Positions 9,958 to 18,470 of a DNA stretch of 64,000 nucleotides are shown here, piece by piece. Source of the DNA: Candidatus Nanopelagicales bacterium (lineage in GTDB: Bacteria > Actinomycetota > Actinomycetes > S36-B12 > CAIYMF01); assembly GCA_049688395.1 (NCBI GenBank), contig JBAVKQ010000093.1:2775-66774 (forward strand), written 5' to 3'. Each line of letters opens with the position of its first letter. Within the stretch, counting starts at the first letter, position 1. The notes under the pieces were generated by a model, which saw only the letters and a list, made by a program, of their open reading frames with translations, did not search any database and was not told the DNA's origin. Position numbers and translations under genes: made by a program.

Positions 9958-11442
9958 GTGACCGGATCGCTGCCCGCCCCCGAGTGGTTCGCGGCCGCAC
10001 CGACCTGGCTCGAGGACGCGCCCCTGTTCCAGGCGTGGCGGCGCTTCGTCGACGCCGACCTGGCCCCGTTCACGATCCCCGGGCACAAGCGGCGTGGGCA
10101 CCGCCTGGACCCTGACCTCGGCCGCCTGCTGGCCGCCGACGTCCCGCTCTACGGCGGCCTGGACACGATGAAGCTGACCGGGGGAGTGCTGGCCGACGCC
10201 CAGCACCGCGCGGCCGCGCTGTGGGGTGCCGACCTGTGCCGGTTCAGCACCGGCGGCTCCACGCAGGCCAACCTCGCGATCGTGCTGGCACTGGGCCGGC
10301 CCGGCGATCAGGTGCTGGTGGCCCGCAACGCCCACCGCTCGGTGCTGTCCGGACTGGTCCTGGCCGGGCTGCGTCCGGTCTGGTTGCCAGTGCGCATCGA
10401 CCCCGCGACCGGCGGTCCGTCAGGTCTCGAGGTGGCCGAGGTGCGTGACGCGCTGGCCGCCCACCCGGACGCAGTGGCGCTGCTGTGCACCGAGCCCAGC
10501 TACCAGGGCACCCTCTCGGACCTGCCGGCCCTGGTGTCGATGGCGCACCGTCGCGGCGTTCCGGTGGTCGTCGACCAGGCCTGGGGCGCCCACCTCGGGC
10601 TGGCGCCCGGCTACCCGCCGCACGCGCTGGCCATGGGAGCCGACGCCATGATCACCAGCGCGCACAAAGCACTGCCGGCGATCAGCGGCGGGTCGCTGCT
10701 GCTGGCCCGGACCGAGCGCCTCGACGCCGCCCGGATCGACCGCGCCTTCGAGGCCACCCACACCACGAGCCCGCCGGGTGCCGTCCTGGCCAGCATCGAC
10801 GCGGCCCGGGCGCTGCTGGCCAGCCCGACGGGCACGGCTGCCCTGGGCGCCCTACGCGCGCTGGTCGCCGCAGCCCGCGAGCAGCTGCGCGCGGCCGGCC
10901 TGCACGTGACCGGCCCCGACGAGCATCCCGCGGGGAGGTTCGACCCGGCCAAGGTGGTGATCCGGTTCGCCACATCGGGTCGGTCGGGACTCGTGGCCGA
11001 GCAGTGTCTGCTGGCAGCCGACGTGCCCGTGGAGATGGCCGACCGGGACACGCTGGTGGCCCAGTTCGGGCTCCTCGACGACGCGGACACAGTCGCGCGC
11101 CTGGTGGGCGGCGTGCTCGCGACCCTGACCGGGCCCAGCGGTCCGCCGCGGGCGCCGATGGCCGCCGGCCCACCGCTGCCCCCCATCGTCGTGGCTCCAC
11201 GTGCGGCCTTCTTCGCCGAGTACGAGACGGTCGCCCGGACCGCCAGCATCGGGCGGGTCGCCGCCGAGCTGGTGGCGCCCTACCCGCCCGGGGTGCCCCT
11301 GATCGTGCCCGGCGAGCTGATCACCGGCCCGACCCTGGCGGCGCTGGACGCCGCCCTGGCAGCGGGTAACCGGATCGCCTACGCGGCCGATCCCACCCTG
11401 GCCACCCTGCAGGTGATCGCCGGCGAGGTCCTCGACTGCTGA
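9958..11442 (+). CDS. Orn/Lys/Arg decarboxylase-family PLP-dependent enzyme
   Basis: GTG 9958 lies 2 nt after the upstream stop. Motifs: FTIPGHKRG, STGGSTQANLA, ARNAHRSV, and SAHKALPAISGGS (PLP lysine). Confidence 0.75.
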   Translation: MTGSLPAPEWFAAAPTWLEDAPLFQAWRRFVDADLAPFTIPGHKRRGHRLDPDLGRLLAADVPLYGGLDTMKLTGGVLADAQHRAAALWGADLCRFSTGGSTQANLAIVLALGRPGDQVLVARNAHRSVLSGLVLAGLRPVWLPVRIDPATGGPSGLEVAEVRDALAAHPDAVALLCTEPSYQGTLSDLPALVSMAHRRGVPVVVDQAWGAHLGLAPGYPPHALAMGADAMITSAHKALPAISGGSLLLARTERLDAARIDRAFEATHTTSPPGAVLASIDAARALLASPTGTAALGALRALVAAAREQLRAAGLHVTGPDEHPAGRFDPAKVVIRFATSGRSGLVAEQCLLAADVPVEMADRDTLVAQFGLLDDADTVARLVGGVLATLTGPSGPPRAPMAAGPPLPPIVVAPRAAFFAEYETVARTASIGRVAAELVAPYPPGVPLIVPGELITGPTLAALDAALAAGNRIAYAADPTLATLQVIAGEVLDC

Positions 11443-11562
11443 GCGCTGAATGCCCGGGTACAGGCGGCCGGCGCCCGTGCTCACAGCGCGTGCGGACAGC
11501 CGTCCTGGCGTAGCGTTGCCCAGGCCGGGACCTCCGGCCACTCGACGACACCCGGAGTCCAC

Positions 11563-12414
11563 GTGCCGATGCTGCGCGCCACCTGGGAACTGAGCGCGAG
11601 CCTCGCCCTGGCCCTGTTCGCCGCGTACGGGCTGCTGCGCCTGGTCGGGGTGGCCGGGCGGCCGCGCGTGACCACCCTGGCCTCGTTCTTCGTGCAGTTC
11701 GGGGTCGTCGTTGCCATCTTCGCGGTGTACCAGCGGACCTCGCTGCACCGGCTGGACCTGACCGCCGGGGCCGAGCAGCGGGCGCTGTGGGTCTGGGATG
11801 TCGAGCAGCGGCTGCGGATGGGCAGCGAGCTGGCCATCCAGCGCTGGGTGCTGCCGTTCCCCACGCTCGTGCGCGGGCTCAACGCCTACTATGCGGGCCT
11901 GCACCTGACCTCGATGACCGCATTCCTGGTCTGGATGTGGTGGCGGCACCGGGCGCACTACCTGCTGGCGTGCGTCACGGTGGCCGGGACCACCCTGATC
12001 AGCGTGCTGCTGCACAACGTCTCCGTGGCACCACCCCGCCTGCTCAGCGAGCTGGGCTTCGTGGACACCGGGCTGCTCTACGGCCAGTCGGTGTACGGTC
12101 CGGCGGGGACCGGGATCTCCAGCCAGCTCGCGGCGATGCCCTCGCTGCACGTCGCGTGGGCCGGCATCATCGCGGGCTTCGCGCTGGTGGTCAGCGCCAG
12201 CAGGTGGCGATGGCTGCTGGTCGGCCACTTCGCCATGACGTGCTTCGTGGTCGTGGCCACGGCCAACCACTGGTGGCTCGACGGCGTGGCCGGGCTGCTC
12301 ATCGCCTGGGGGGTCTACGCAGTGGCCCGGCTGCTCCTGCCCAGTCCGGGCGCGCTGACAGGCACACGGGCCGACATCGACGCCGATGCGGCGGCCGCAG
12401 TTCCCGCGCCGTGA
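11563..12414 (+). CDS. PAP2-superfamily (PAP2_3 / inositolphosphotransferase-like) membrane protein
   Basis: Polytopic membrane protein ending in AAMPSLHVAW...ATANHWWLDGVAG, as in PAP2_3 proteins. Confidence 0.65.
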   Translation: MPMLRATWELSASLALALFAAYGLLRLVGVAGRPRVTTLASFFVQFGVVVAIFAVYQRTSLHRLDLTAGAEQRALWVWDVEQRLRMGSELAIQRWVLPFPTLVRGLNAYYAGLHLTSMTAFLVWMWWRHRAHYLLACVTVAGTTLISVLLHNVSVAPPRLLSELGFVDTGLLYGQSVYGPAGTGISSQLAAMPSLHVAWAGIIAGFALVVSASRWRWLLVGHFAMTCFVVVATANHWWLDGVAGLLIAWGVYAVARLLLPSPGALTGTRADIDADAAAAVPAP

Positions 12415-12450
12415 CGCCGGGTGCGCCGTGACGTCGGCGCCGACGACATG

Positions 12451-12484
12451 CCTGAGCCCCCCACCCGTGGGCGAGGGGCTCAGG
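12451..12484. terminator. Hairpin between convergent genes (possible bidirectional terminator)
   Basis: cctgagcccc (12451-12460) pairs with ggggctcagg (12475-12484), giving a 10-bp stem and a 14-nt loop. It lies between the PAP2 stop and the SBP stop. Confidence 0.55.
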
Positions 12485-12504
12485 TCACATCCTTGCCGAA
12501 GGGA

Positions 12505-13458
12505 CTACTTCAGCCCGATCTCCTGCAGGTACTGGGAGGCCACGTCCTCGGCCTTGTCACCCTCGACGTCCACCTGCGCGTTGAGTTCGGCCATCTTCGC
12601 CTGGTCCAGCGGGGCCAGGATTGCCTCAGCCAGGCGCTGGTAGGTCTCTGCGTGCTCCTGGAACGTGTCGTCGTCCCACGTGAAGGACAGGTTGTACAGG
12701 ATGAACACGCCCGGATCGTCGACGACGGACAGGTTCAGGGCCGGGATGCGCCCGTCGGTGGTGTAGACCTCACCGAAGGTGCACGCTCCATTGGCTGTCT
12801 CGGTGTAGATCAGGCCCGTGTCCAGGATCTGGATCTGCTCGCGGGGGATCGTGAAGCCGGTGGCATCCTCGAACAGCACCAGGCCGTCGGGGCGGTCGGG
12901 GAACTCGGTCTCCAGGCACACGACCGCATCGGGATTGGCGGCCACGTAGTCGGCCATGCCCTGCAGGTCGAAACCGCCGTTGGCCTGCGCGACATCACCG
13001 TTGGCAGCGAAGCCGTAGGTGTCGTTGAACGGGGAGAGTCCCGACCACATGATGCCGTTCTCGGCCAGGTCCATCGCCGCGGTCTTGTCGAAGAGCTCCT
13101 GGGAGTCCTGGCTGGGATCCTGCTGACCCAGGTGCACCGTCCAGCCGGTCCCGTTGTAGTCCGGGTAGACGTCGATGTCGCCGGCGAGCAGCGCCGTGCG
13201 GTTGACCGAGGTGCCCCCGAGGTTGGTCTGATCGGTGACATCGGCCCCCTCGACCGCCATGGCCTGGGCCAGCATCTGCCCGAGCAGGATGTTCTCGGTG
13301 AAGTCCTTGGACCCGACCGTGACGCTGACGCCATCCAGGGACGCCGTGCCGACATCCGAGGTTCCGGCGACCTCACTGTCCCCGCCGCAGGCGGCGAGCA
13401 GGCCCAGGGACAGCAGTGCGGCAGCCGGGCCCAGGATTCGGGAACGGGCGGAAATCAT
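12505..13458 (-). CDS. Glycine betaine/choline-type ABC transporter substrate-binding lipoprotein
   Basis: ATG 13458 has a ggag RBS. Lipobox LLAACGG is present. The sequence shows OpuBC/ProX-like character (GSKDFTENILLGQ, YPDYNGTGW). Confidence 0.8.
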   Translation of the reverse strand: MISARSRILGPAAALLSLGLLAACGGDSEVAGTSDVGTASLDGVSVTVGSKDFTENILLGQMLAQAMAVEGADVTDQTNLGGTSVNRTALLAGDIDVYPDYNGTGWTVHLGQQDPSQDSQELFDKTAAMDLAENGIMWSGLSPFNDTYGFAANGDVAQANGGFDLQGMADYVAANPDAVVCLETEFPDRPDGLVLFEDATGFTIPREQIQILDTGLIYTETANGACTFGEVYTTDGRIPALNLSVVDDPGVFILYNLSFTWDDDTFQEHAETYQRLAEAILAPLDQAKMAELNAQVDVEGDKAEDVASQYLQEIGLK

Positions 13459-13592
13459 AGGCAACTCCATCATTGATTTGGCCAGGCGCATGGCCTGGCC
13501 GGGGCGGCCCACCATACCCCTGCCGGCCAGTAATCCACGTACGAATTCGGGGATTGTGACATTTCTACGACATTGCGCGCTAGTGTTTCCGG

Positions 13593-14606
13593 ATGCGTGC
13601 AGCACTGCTGACCGGGACCGGCGGACCCGAGATGATCGACCTGCGGGCCGACGTCGCGACGCCCGAACCGGGCCCTGACGAGGTCCTGATCCGGGTGCGC
13701 GCCTGCGGGGTGAACAACACCGATCTGAACACCAGGATCGGCTGGTACGGCGCAGGTGGATGGGGCGGCGGGCTCCGGTTTCCCCGGATCCAGGGCGCCG
13801 ATGTCTGCGGGCAGGTGGCCGGGGTCGGTGCGGCCGTGCAGCGCGAGCTGCTCGGGCATCGGGTGCTGGTCGACCCGTGGATCCGAGCCTGCACCGGACC
13901 CGACTGGCGCGATCACGTGTCCTATCTGGGCAGTGAGGTGGACGGCGGGTTCGCCGAGTTCTGCGTCGTGCCCGCCGTCAACGCCCATCTCGTGGCGGGC
14001 AGCTTCACCGACGCCGAGTTGGCGACCTTCCCGTGCTCCTGGTCCACGGCCCTGCACATGCTGACCCGGGTGAACCTCGCGCCCGGGCAGCGGATCGCCG
14101 TTCCGGGCGCCTCTGGAGGGGTCGGCAGCGCGTTGGTCCAGCTCGCCAAGCTGCACGGGGCGCATGTCACCGCCGTGACGACGGCCGCGAAGGTGGACCG
14201 GGTGCGGGCCCTCGGGGCCGACGTGGTCCTGGCGCGAGGGCCTGCGGACCTGGTGGAGGCGGCGAGCGCCGACGGCGGGCCGTTCGATGTCGTGGCCGAT
14301 GTGGTGGGCGGTCAGGATGCGCCGGCGTGGTGGCGGGCGCTGCGCCGCGGCGGGCGCTACGTCTGTTCCGGGGCGATCGCCGGACCCGTTGTGGAGCTCG
14401 ACCTGCCCACGATGTACCTCAACGACCTGGAGTTCTTCGGCGCCACGGCCTACCCTCCCGAGGTCTTCGCCCGGCTGATGGCCCTCATCACCAGCCGGTC
14501 GGTCCGACCCATCGTCGCAGCCACCTACCCGTTGGAGCAGATCGGTGCGGCGCAGGCCGCGTTCGCGGCCAAGGAGCATGTCGGCAGCATCGTCATCACG
14601 CTGTGA
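13593..14606 (+). CDS. Zinc-type alcohol dehydrogenase / quinone oxidoreductase family (MDR)
   Basis: PGPDEVLIRVRACGVNNTDL, and a GASGGVGSALVQLAK nucleotide-binding motif. Confidence 0.8.
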   Translation: MRAALLTGTGGPEMIDLRADVATPEPGPDEVLIRVRACGVNNTDLNTRIGWYGAGGWGGGLRFPRIQGADVCGQVAGVGAAVQRELLGHRVLVDPWIRACTGPDWRDHVSYLGSEVDGGFAEFCVVPAVNAHLVAGSFTDAELATFPCSWSTALHMLTRVNLAPGQRIAVPGASGGVGSALVQLAKLHGAHVTAVTTAAKVDRVRALGADVVLARGPADLVEAASADGGPFDVVADVVGGQDAPAWWRALRRGGRYVCSGAIAGPVVELDLPTMYLNDLEFFGATAYPPEVFARLMALITSRSVRPIVAATYPLEQIGAAQAAFAAKEHVGSIVITL

Positions 14607-14835
14607 TCCAGGGTCCGGAATCGGCGTGGCGCAGGGTCCCGATCACACCGGTGCAGGCCCGATCCAGTCCCGGATCGCGCCCGCGATCAAGCCGGGATAT
14701 CGGTCCGAGAATGGTCCGAGAATCAGTTCCGAAACCCGCTCCGACACGCCGACGGATATGCGTTCTCGGCGTGATGTGCATACTCTGGGCGCAGTTGTCG
14801 ACGTCCGTTTCGCCACGTTCCAGCCTGTGCGGTGA

Positions 14836-15537
14836 GTGTCTCGGGCACCACAGGACAGGAAGAGGTGGCTGCCGGTGGACGGCTTGACGAGCTTCTGGGA
14901 ATTCGTCGTGAAGAACTGGGACGACATCCTCGAAGCCTTCCTGCAACACGCTCGGCTGGCACTGATCGTGGTCGTGTCCGCCACTGTGTTCTCCCTGCTC
15001 CTGGGCATCGCGGTGCAGCGCAACTCGACCGCGCGAGCGGCCAGCCTGAGCATCGCCGGGATCTTCCTGACGATCCCCTCGCTGGCCCTGTTCGCGATCT
15101 TCATCCCGCTGCTGGGCATCGGCAACCCCCCGGCCATGCTGGCGCTGTTCCTCTACGCGATCCTGCCGATCCTGCGCAACACGGTCACCGGTCTGGACGA
15201 GGTCGATCCCGCGGTGGTGGAGTCGGCCAAGGGGATGGGGATGGGCGCCACCCAGCAGCTGCTGCGGGTCAAGCTCCCCCTGGCCTGGCCGGTCATCCTC
15301 GCCGGCGTCCGGGTATCCAGCCTGCTCGTGGTCGGCATCGCAGCCATCGCGGTACTGGTCGGCGGGGACGGGCTGGGCAGCTTCATCCAGGGCGGCCTGA
15401 CCCGCCTGGGCCTGCCCGGCAGTGTCGAGTCCGTGTGGGTCGGCACCGTCTTCACAGTCGTGCTCGGGTTGACGCTCGACCTGATGTTCGCCCTCATCCA
15501 GCGCCTGACGACCTCATCGGGCCTGCGGAACCAGTAG
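14836..15537 (+). CDS. Osmoprotectant ABC transporter permease
   Basis: BPD-type permease (ILRNTVTGLDEVDPAVVESAKGMGM). The start is uncertain: GTG 14836 or GTG 14875. Confidence 0.8.
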   Translation: MSRAPQDRKRWLPVDGLTSFWEFVVKNWDDILEAFLQHARLALIVVVSATVFSLLLGIAVQRNSTARAASLSIAGIFLTIPSLALFAIFIPLLGIGNPPAMLALFLYAILPILRNTVTGLDEVDPAVVESAKGMGMGATQQLLRVKLPLAWPVILAGVRVSSLLVVGIAAIAVLVGGDGLGSFIQGGLTRLGLPGSVESVWVGTVFTVVLGLTLDLMFALIQRLTTSSGLRNQ

Positions 15538-15546
15538 GAGAAGTCA

Positions 15547-16719
15547 ATGACCAGCCAACCCATGATCAGGCTCGACCGCGTGACCAAGGTCTATCCGGGC
15601 ACGCAGGCCCCCGCCGTCGAGGAGCTCACCCTGGACATCCGCAAGGGCGAGATCCTGGTGCTCGTCGGCCCCTCGGGGTGTGGCAAGAGCACCACCCTAC
15701 GGCTGATCAACCGCATGATCGAGCCCTCCGGTGGGCACATCTACTTCGAGGGCGAGGACGTCACGAACGTCGACGCCGACCGGCTGCGCCGCCGGATCGG
15801 CTATGTCATCCAGCAGATCGGGCTGTTCCCGCACCAGACCATCGCGCAGAACATCGCCACCGTGCCCAGGATGCTCGGCTGGGACAAGACGAAGATCAAC
15901 GAACGGGTCGATGAGCTGCTCGACACGGTGGGCCTCGAGCCCAGCGAGTACCGGGGGCGCTACCCCAAGGAGCTCTCCGGCGGCCAGGCCCAGCGCGTCG
16001 GCGTGGCCCGGGCGCTCGGGGCCGACCCGGCCGTCATGCTCATGGACGAGCCCTTCGGGGCCATCGACCCGATCACCCGCGACCGGTTGCAGAACGAGTT
16101 CCTGCGCCTGCAGGGCGAGATCGGCAAGACGATCGTGTTCGTCACCCACGACATCGACGAGGCGATCAAGATGGGTGACCGGATCGCGATCCTGGGCGAG
16201 CGCAGCACGGTCCGGCAGATCGACACTCCCGAGCGGATCCTGGCCCTGCCCGCCGACGAGTTCGTCGACGACTTCATCGGAGCCGGCTCCACCCTCAAGG
16301 GCCTGCACTTCGAGCGGGTCAGCGGTCTGGACCTCACGCCCTACCCCACGATGACCGTTGCTGATTCGGTCGAGGTCGGCCGCAGGGCCCTGGCGGATTC
16401 GGGGCGCGAGTGGCTGCTCATGCTCGACGTGGCGGGGCGCCCGAGTCGGTGGTTGCGCGCGTCCGACCTGAGTCGGGGCCAGGTGGGTCGCGACATCGAG
16501 CCACCGCTGGGCCAGCAGGTACGCAGTTTCGTCGAGCAGAACGCGACCCTGCACGACACCCTGGAGGAGATGCTCAAGTCGTCCACCGGGATGGCGTGCG
16601 TGATCGATCCGCGTGGCCGCTTCCAGGGCATCGTCGAGATCGGCCAGCTCACCGCCGTCATCCGGACACTGCGTGCTGAGGCCCAGGCACACTACGACGA
16701 GATGGCGGCGTCGTCGTGA
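15547..16719 (+). CDS. Osmoprotectant ABC transporter ATP-binding protein with C-terminal CBS pair
   Basis: Walker A GPSGCGKST, signature LSGGQAQRV, Walker B LLMDEPFGAID. A ~140-aa C-terminal tail resembles OpuCA/ProV. Confidence 0.9.
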   Translation: MTSQPMIRLDRVTKVYPGTQAPAVEELTLDIRKGEILVLVGPSGCGKSTTLRLINRMIEPSGGHIYFEGEDVTNVDADRLRRRIGYVIQQIGLFPHQTIAQNIATVPRMLGWDKTKINERVDELLDTVGLEPSEYRGRYPKELSGGQAQRVGVARALGADPAVMLMDEPFGAIDPITRDRLQNEFLRLQGEIGKTIVFVTHDIDEAIKMGDRIAILGERSTVRQIDTPERILALPADEFVDDFIGAGSTLKGLHFERVSGLDLTPYPTMTVADSVEVGRRALADSGREWLLMLDVAGRPSRWLRASDLSRGQVGRDIEPPLGQQVRSFVEQNATLHDTLEEMLKSSTGMACVIDPRGRFQGIVEIGQLTAVIRTLRAEAQAHYDEMAASS

Positions 16720-17561
16720 GCACGGTCGAGTCGCCCGGGCACAGCCAGAGCGCGCAGGCTGCGCCGCAGAGCACCGCCGACGACGCGAACACCGACTTCG
16801 GGTCCACCCGCACCGCCAAGGGCCGAGGCGTCCCCTGGGGGCTGATCATCGCCCCGATGGGCATCCTCATCCTGACGCTGCTGCTGGTGCGCTACTACGC
16901 GAGCCTGGACCTGGGTTCCGGCGCCAGCTTCCAGCAGTCCAGCGCGCTGGACTGGAGCACCAAGCTCTGGCCGCAGACGGTCGAGATGATCACGATCGCC
17001 TTCTGGTCCACCGCGCTGGTCATGGCCATCAGCATCCCGTTGGGCATCGCCCTGACCCGCCCGTCGCTGCGCCGGTTCGCCCCCGGGGTGCTGGGTGTGG
17101 CCAACACCGGGCAGGCGCTGCCCGCCTACGGTCTGCTGATCATCTTCCTGATCATCTTCGGCCAGGGCACCGACACCGCGATCTACGCCCTTGTGCTCTT
17201 CGCGTTGCTCCCGGTGCTGCGCAACACGATCGTGGGCATCGACGGGGTCGACCAGGCCATCATCGAGGCCGGCCGGGGGATGGGGATGACCAAGCGGCAG
17301 GCGCTGTTGCGCATCGAGCTCCCGCTGGCTGTGCCCATCATCATCGCCGGGGTGCGCACCGCGGTGATCATCAACATCGGCATGGCCACACTGGCGTTCC
17401 TGATCGGGGGCGGCGGATTGGGGATCACCATCAACTCCGGCCTGAAGCTCCAGCAGGACCCGGTGCTGATCGTCGGCGCGGGGATGGTGGCCATCGTGGC
17501 GCTGACCTTCGACTGGCTCGGTGCAGTGGCCGAGCGGTACCTCAAGCCCCGTGGCCTCTGA
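16716..17561 (+). CDS. Osmoprotectant ABC transporter permease
   Basis: Overlaps the ATPase stop by 4 nt. Permease motif LRNTIVGIDGVDQAIIEAGRGMGM. Confidence 0.85.
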   Translation: MSTVESPGHSQSAQAAPQSTADDANTDFGSTRTAKGRGVPWGLIIAPMGILILTLLLVRYYASLDLGSGASFQQSSALDWSTKLWPQTVEMITIAFWSTALVMAISIPLGIALTRPSLRRFAPGVLGVANTGQALPAYGLLIIFLIIFGQGTDTAIYALVLFALLPVLRNTIVGIDGVDQAIIEAGRGMGMTKRQALLRIELPLAVPIIIAGVRTAVIINIGMATLAFLIGGGGLGITINSGLKLQQDPVLIVGAGMVAIVALTFDWLGAVAERYLKPRGL

Positions 17562-17583
17562 GGGTGGCCGGCCCCCGAACCGG

Positions 17584-17637
17584 GAGCTGGCGCAGAACCC
17601 AGAGCCGGCGCAGAACCCGGAGCCGGCGCAGAACGAC
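17584..17637. repeat. 18-nt tandem repeat, three copies
   Basis: Three adjacent units: gagctggcgcagaaccca / gagccggcgcagaacccg / gagccggcgcagaacgac. Confidence 0.85.
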
Positions 17638-17669
17638 CCCTGCCTGCATCGGCGCAGTTCAGGGGTCGT
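17633..17669. terminator. Hairpin between permease gene and tRNA-Leu
   Basis: acgacccctg (17633-17642) pairs with caggggtcgt (17660-17669), giving a 10-bp stem and a 17-nt loop. No U-tract follows. Confidence 0.4.
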
Positions 17670-17673
17670 CGTG

Positions 17674-17762
17674 TGGTGTCCGAGGGGGGACTTGAACCCC
17701 CATGCCCGGTAAAGGGCACTAGCACCTCAAGCTAGCGCGTCTGCCTATTCCGCCACCCGGAC
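17674..17762 (-). tRNA. tRNA-Leu (anticodon GAG), class II with long variable arm, CCA encoded
   Basis: Manual fold: acceptor GTCCGGG/CTCGGAC (one G-U pair), D arm, anticodon stem CTAGC/GCTAG with loop TTGAGGT, long variable arm, T arm GGGGG-TTCAAGT-CCCCC, discriminator A plus CCA. Confidence 0.9.
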
Positions 17763-17875
17763 GAGGTGTCCCCGTCACGCTGGAGCAGCGCTCAGGAGGC
17801 CCGCACAGAGTAGCAACCCGGCGACCGTTCCGACCAATCGCTCGAGCGCGCCAGGCCTGCTGGCGCCTGCGGCGA

Positions 17876-18412
17876 TCAGGGCAGCCGGCCGCCGAAGGCC
17901 ATCGCCAGGCGGATCAACCGGTCCTGCCCTCCGGAGAACTCCGCCAGGACCGCCTCGGACGTGGCCTCATCGGGGGTCAGCCAGGCCAGGTCGATCGCCG
18001 ACTGGCTGGGCGCGCAGTCCCCGTCGACCGGCACCACGTAGGCCAGGGCGACCGCGTGCTGGCGCGGGTCGTGGAACCCCGACACCGTCGGGTCCGGGAA
18101 GTACTCGACGACCGTGAACGGCGACAGCGAGATCGGTAGCCGGGGCAGCGCGACCGTGCCGAGGTCCTTCTCCAGGTGGCGGATCAGCGCGTCGCGGATC
18201 CGCTCCCTGTAGAGCACGCGGCCGGCCACCACGGCCCGCGACAACGTCCCGTCCGGGCGGGCCCGCAGCAGAAGCCCGACCGCGGTGATCCGCCCCGCGG
18301 CGTCCACCCGCACCGGCACCGCCTCGACGTAGAGGATCGGCAGGGTCTCGCGCGCCGCGGACAGGTCGTCGTGGGTCAGCCAGCCGGTCGCGGTCTCCAG
18401 GGTCTCGCTCAT
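17876..18412 (-). CDS. NUDIX-like (DUF4916-type) protein
   Basis: ATG 18412 (MSETLETATGWLTHDDL...). Resembles the actinobacterial NUDIX-like family by recall only. Confidence 0.5.
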   Translation of the reverse strand: MSETLETATGWLTHDDLSAARETLPILYVEAVPVRVDAAGRITAVGLLLRARPDGTLSRAVVAGRVLYRERIRDALIRHLEKDLGTVALPRLPISLSPFTVVEYFPDPTVSGFHDPRQHAVALAYVVPVDGDCAPSQSAIDLAWLTPDEATSEAVLAEFSGGQDRLIRLAMAFGGRLP

Positions 18413-18470
18413 GGGGTGATTCTGCCCCGGCCGGACGCCGCGCGCGGCCCGGACGCGGCAGGATGGGTCC

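Noticed and set aside
14690-14730. Direct repeat ggtccgagaat x2 upstream of the osmoprotectant permease gene, as a possible regulator-binding site
   Set aside because: It is only an 11-nt duplication, with no dyad symmetry and no recognisable match to a known operator. The evidence is too weak to call.
17674-17762. tRNA-Leu as an integration hotspot flanking a genomic island
   Set aside because: No integrase, excisionase or phage/plasmid gene lies on either side. I saw no direct repeat of the tRNA 3' end nearby. The neighbours are ordinary metabolic genes.
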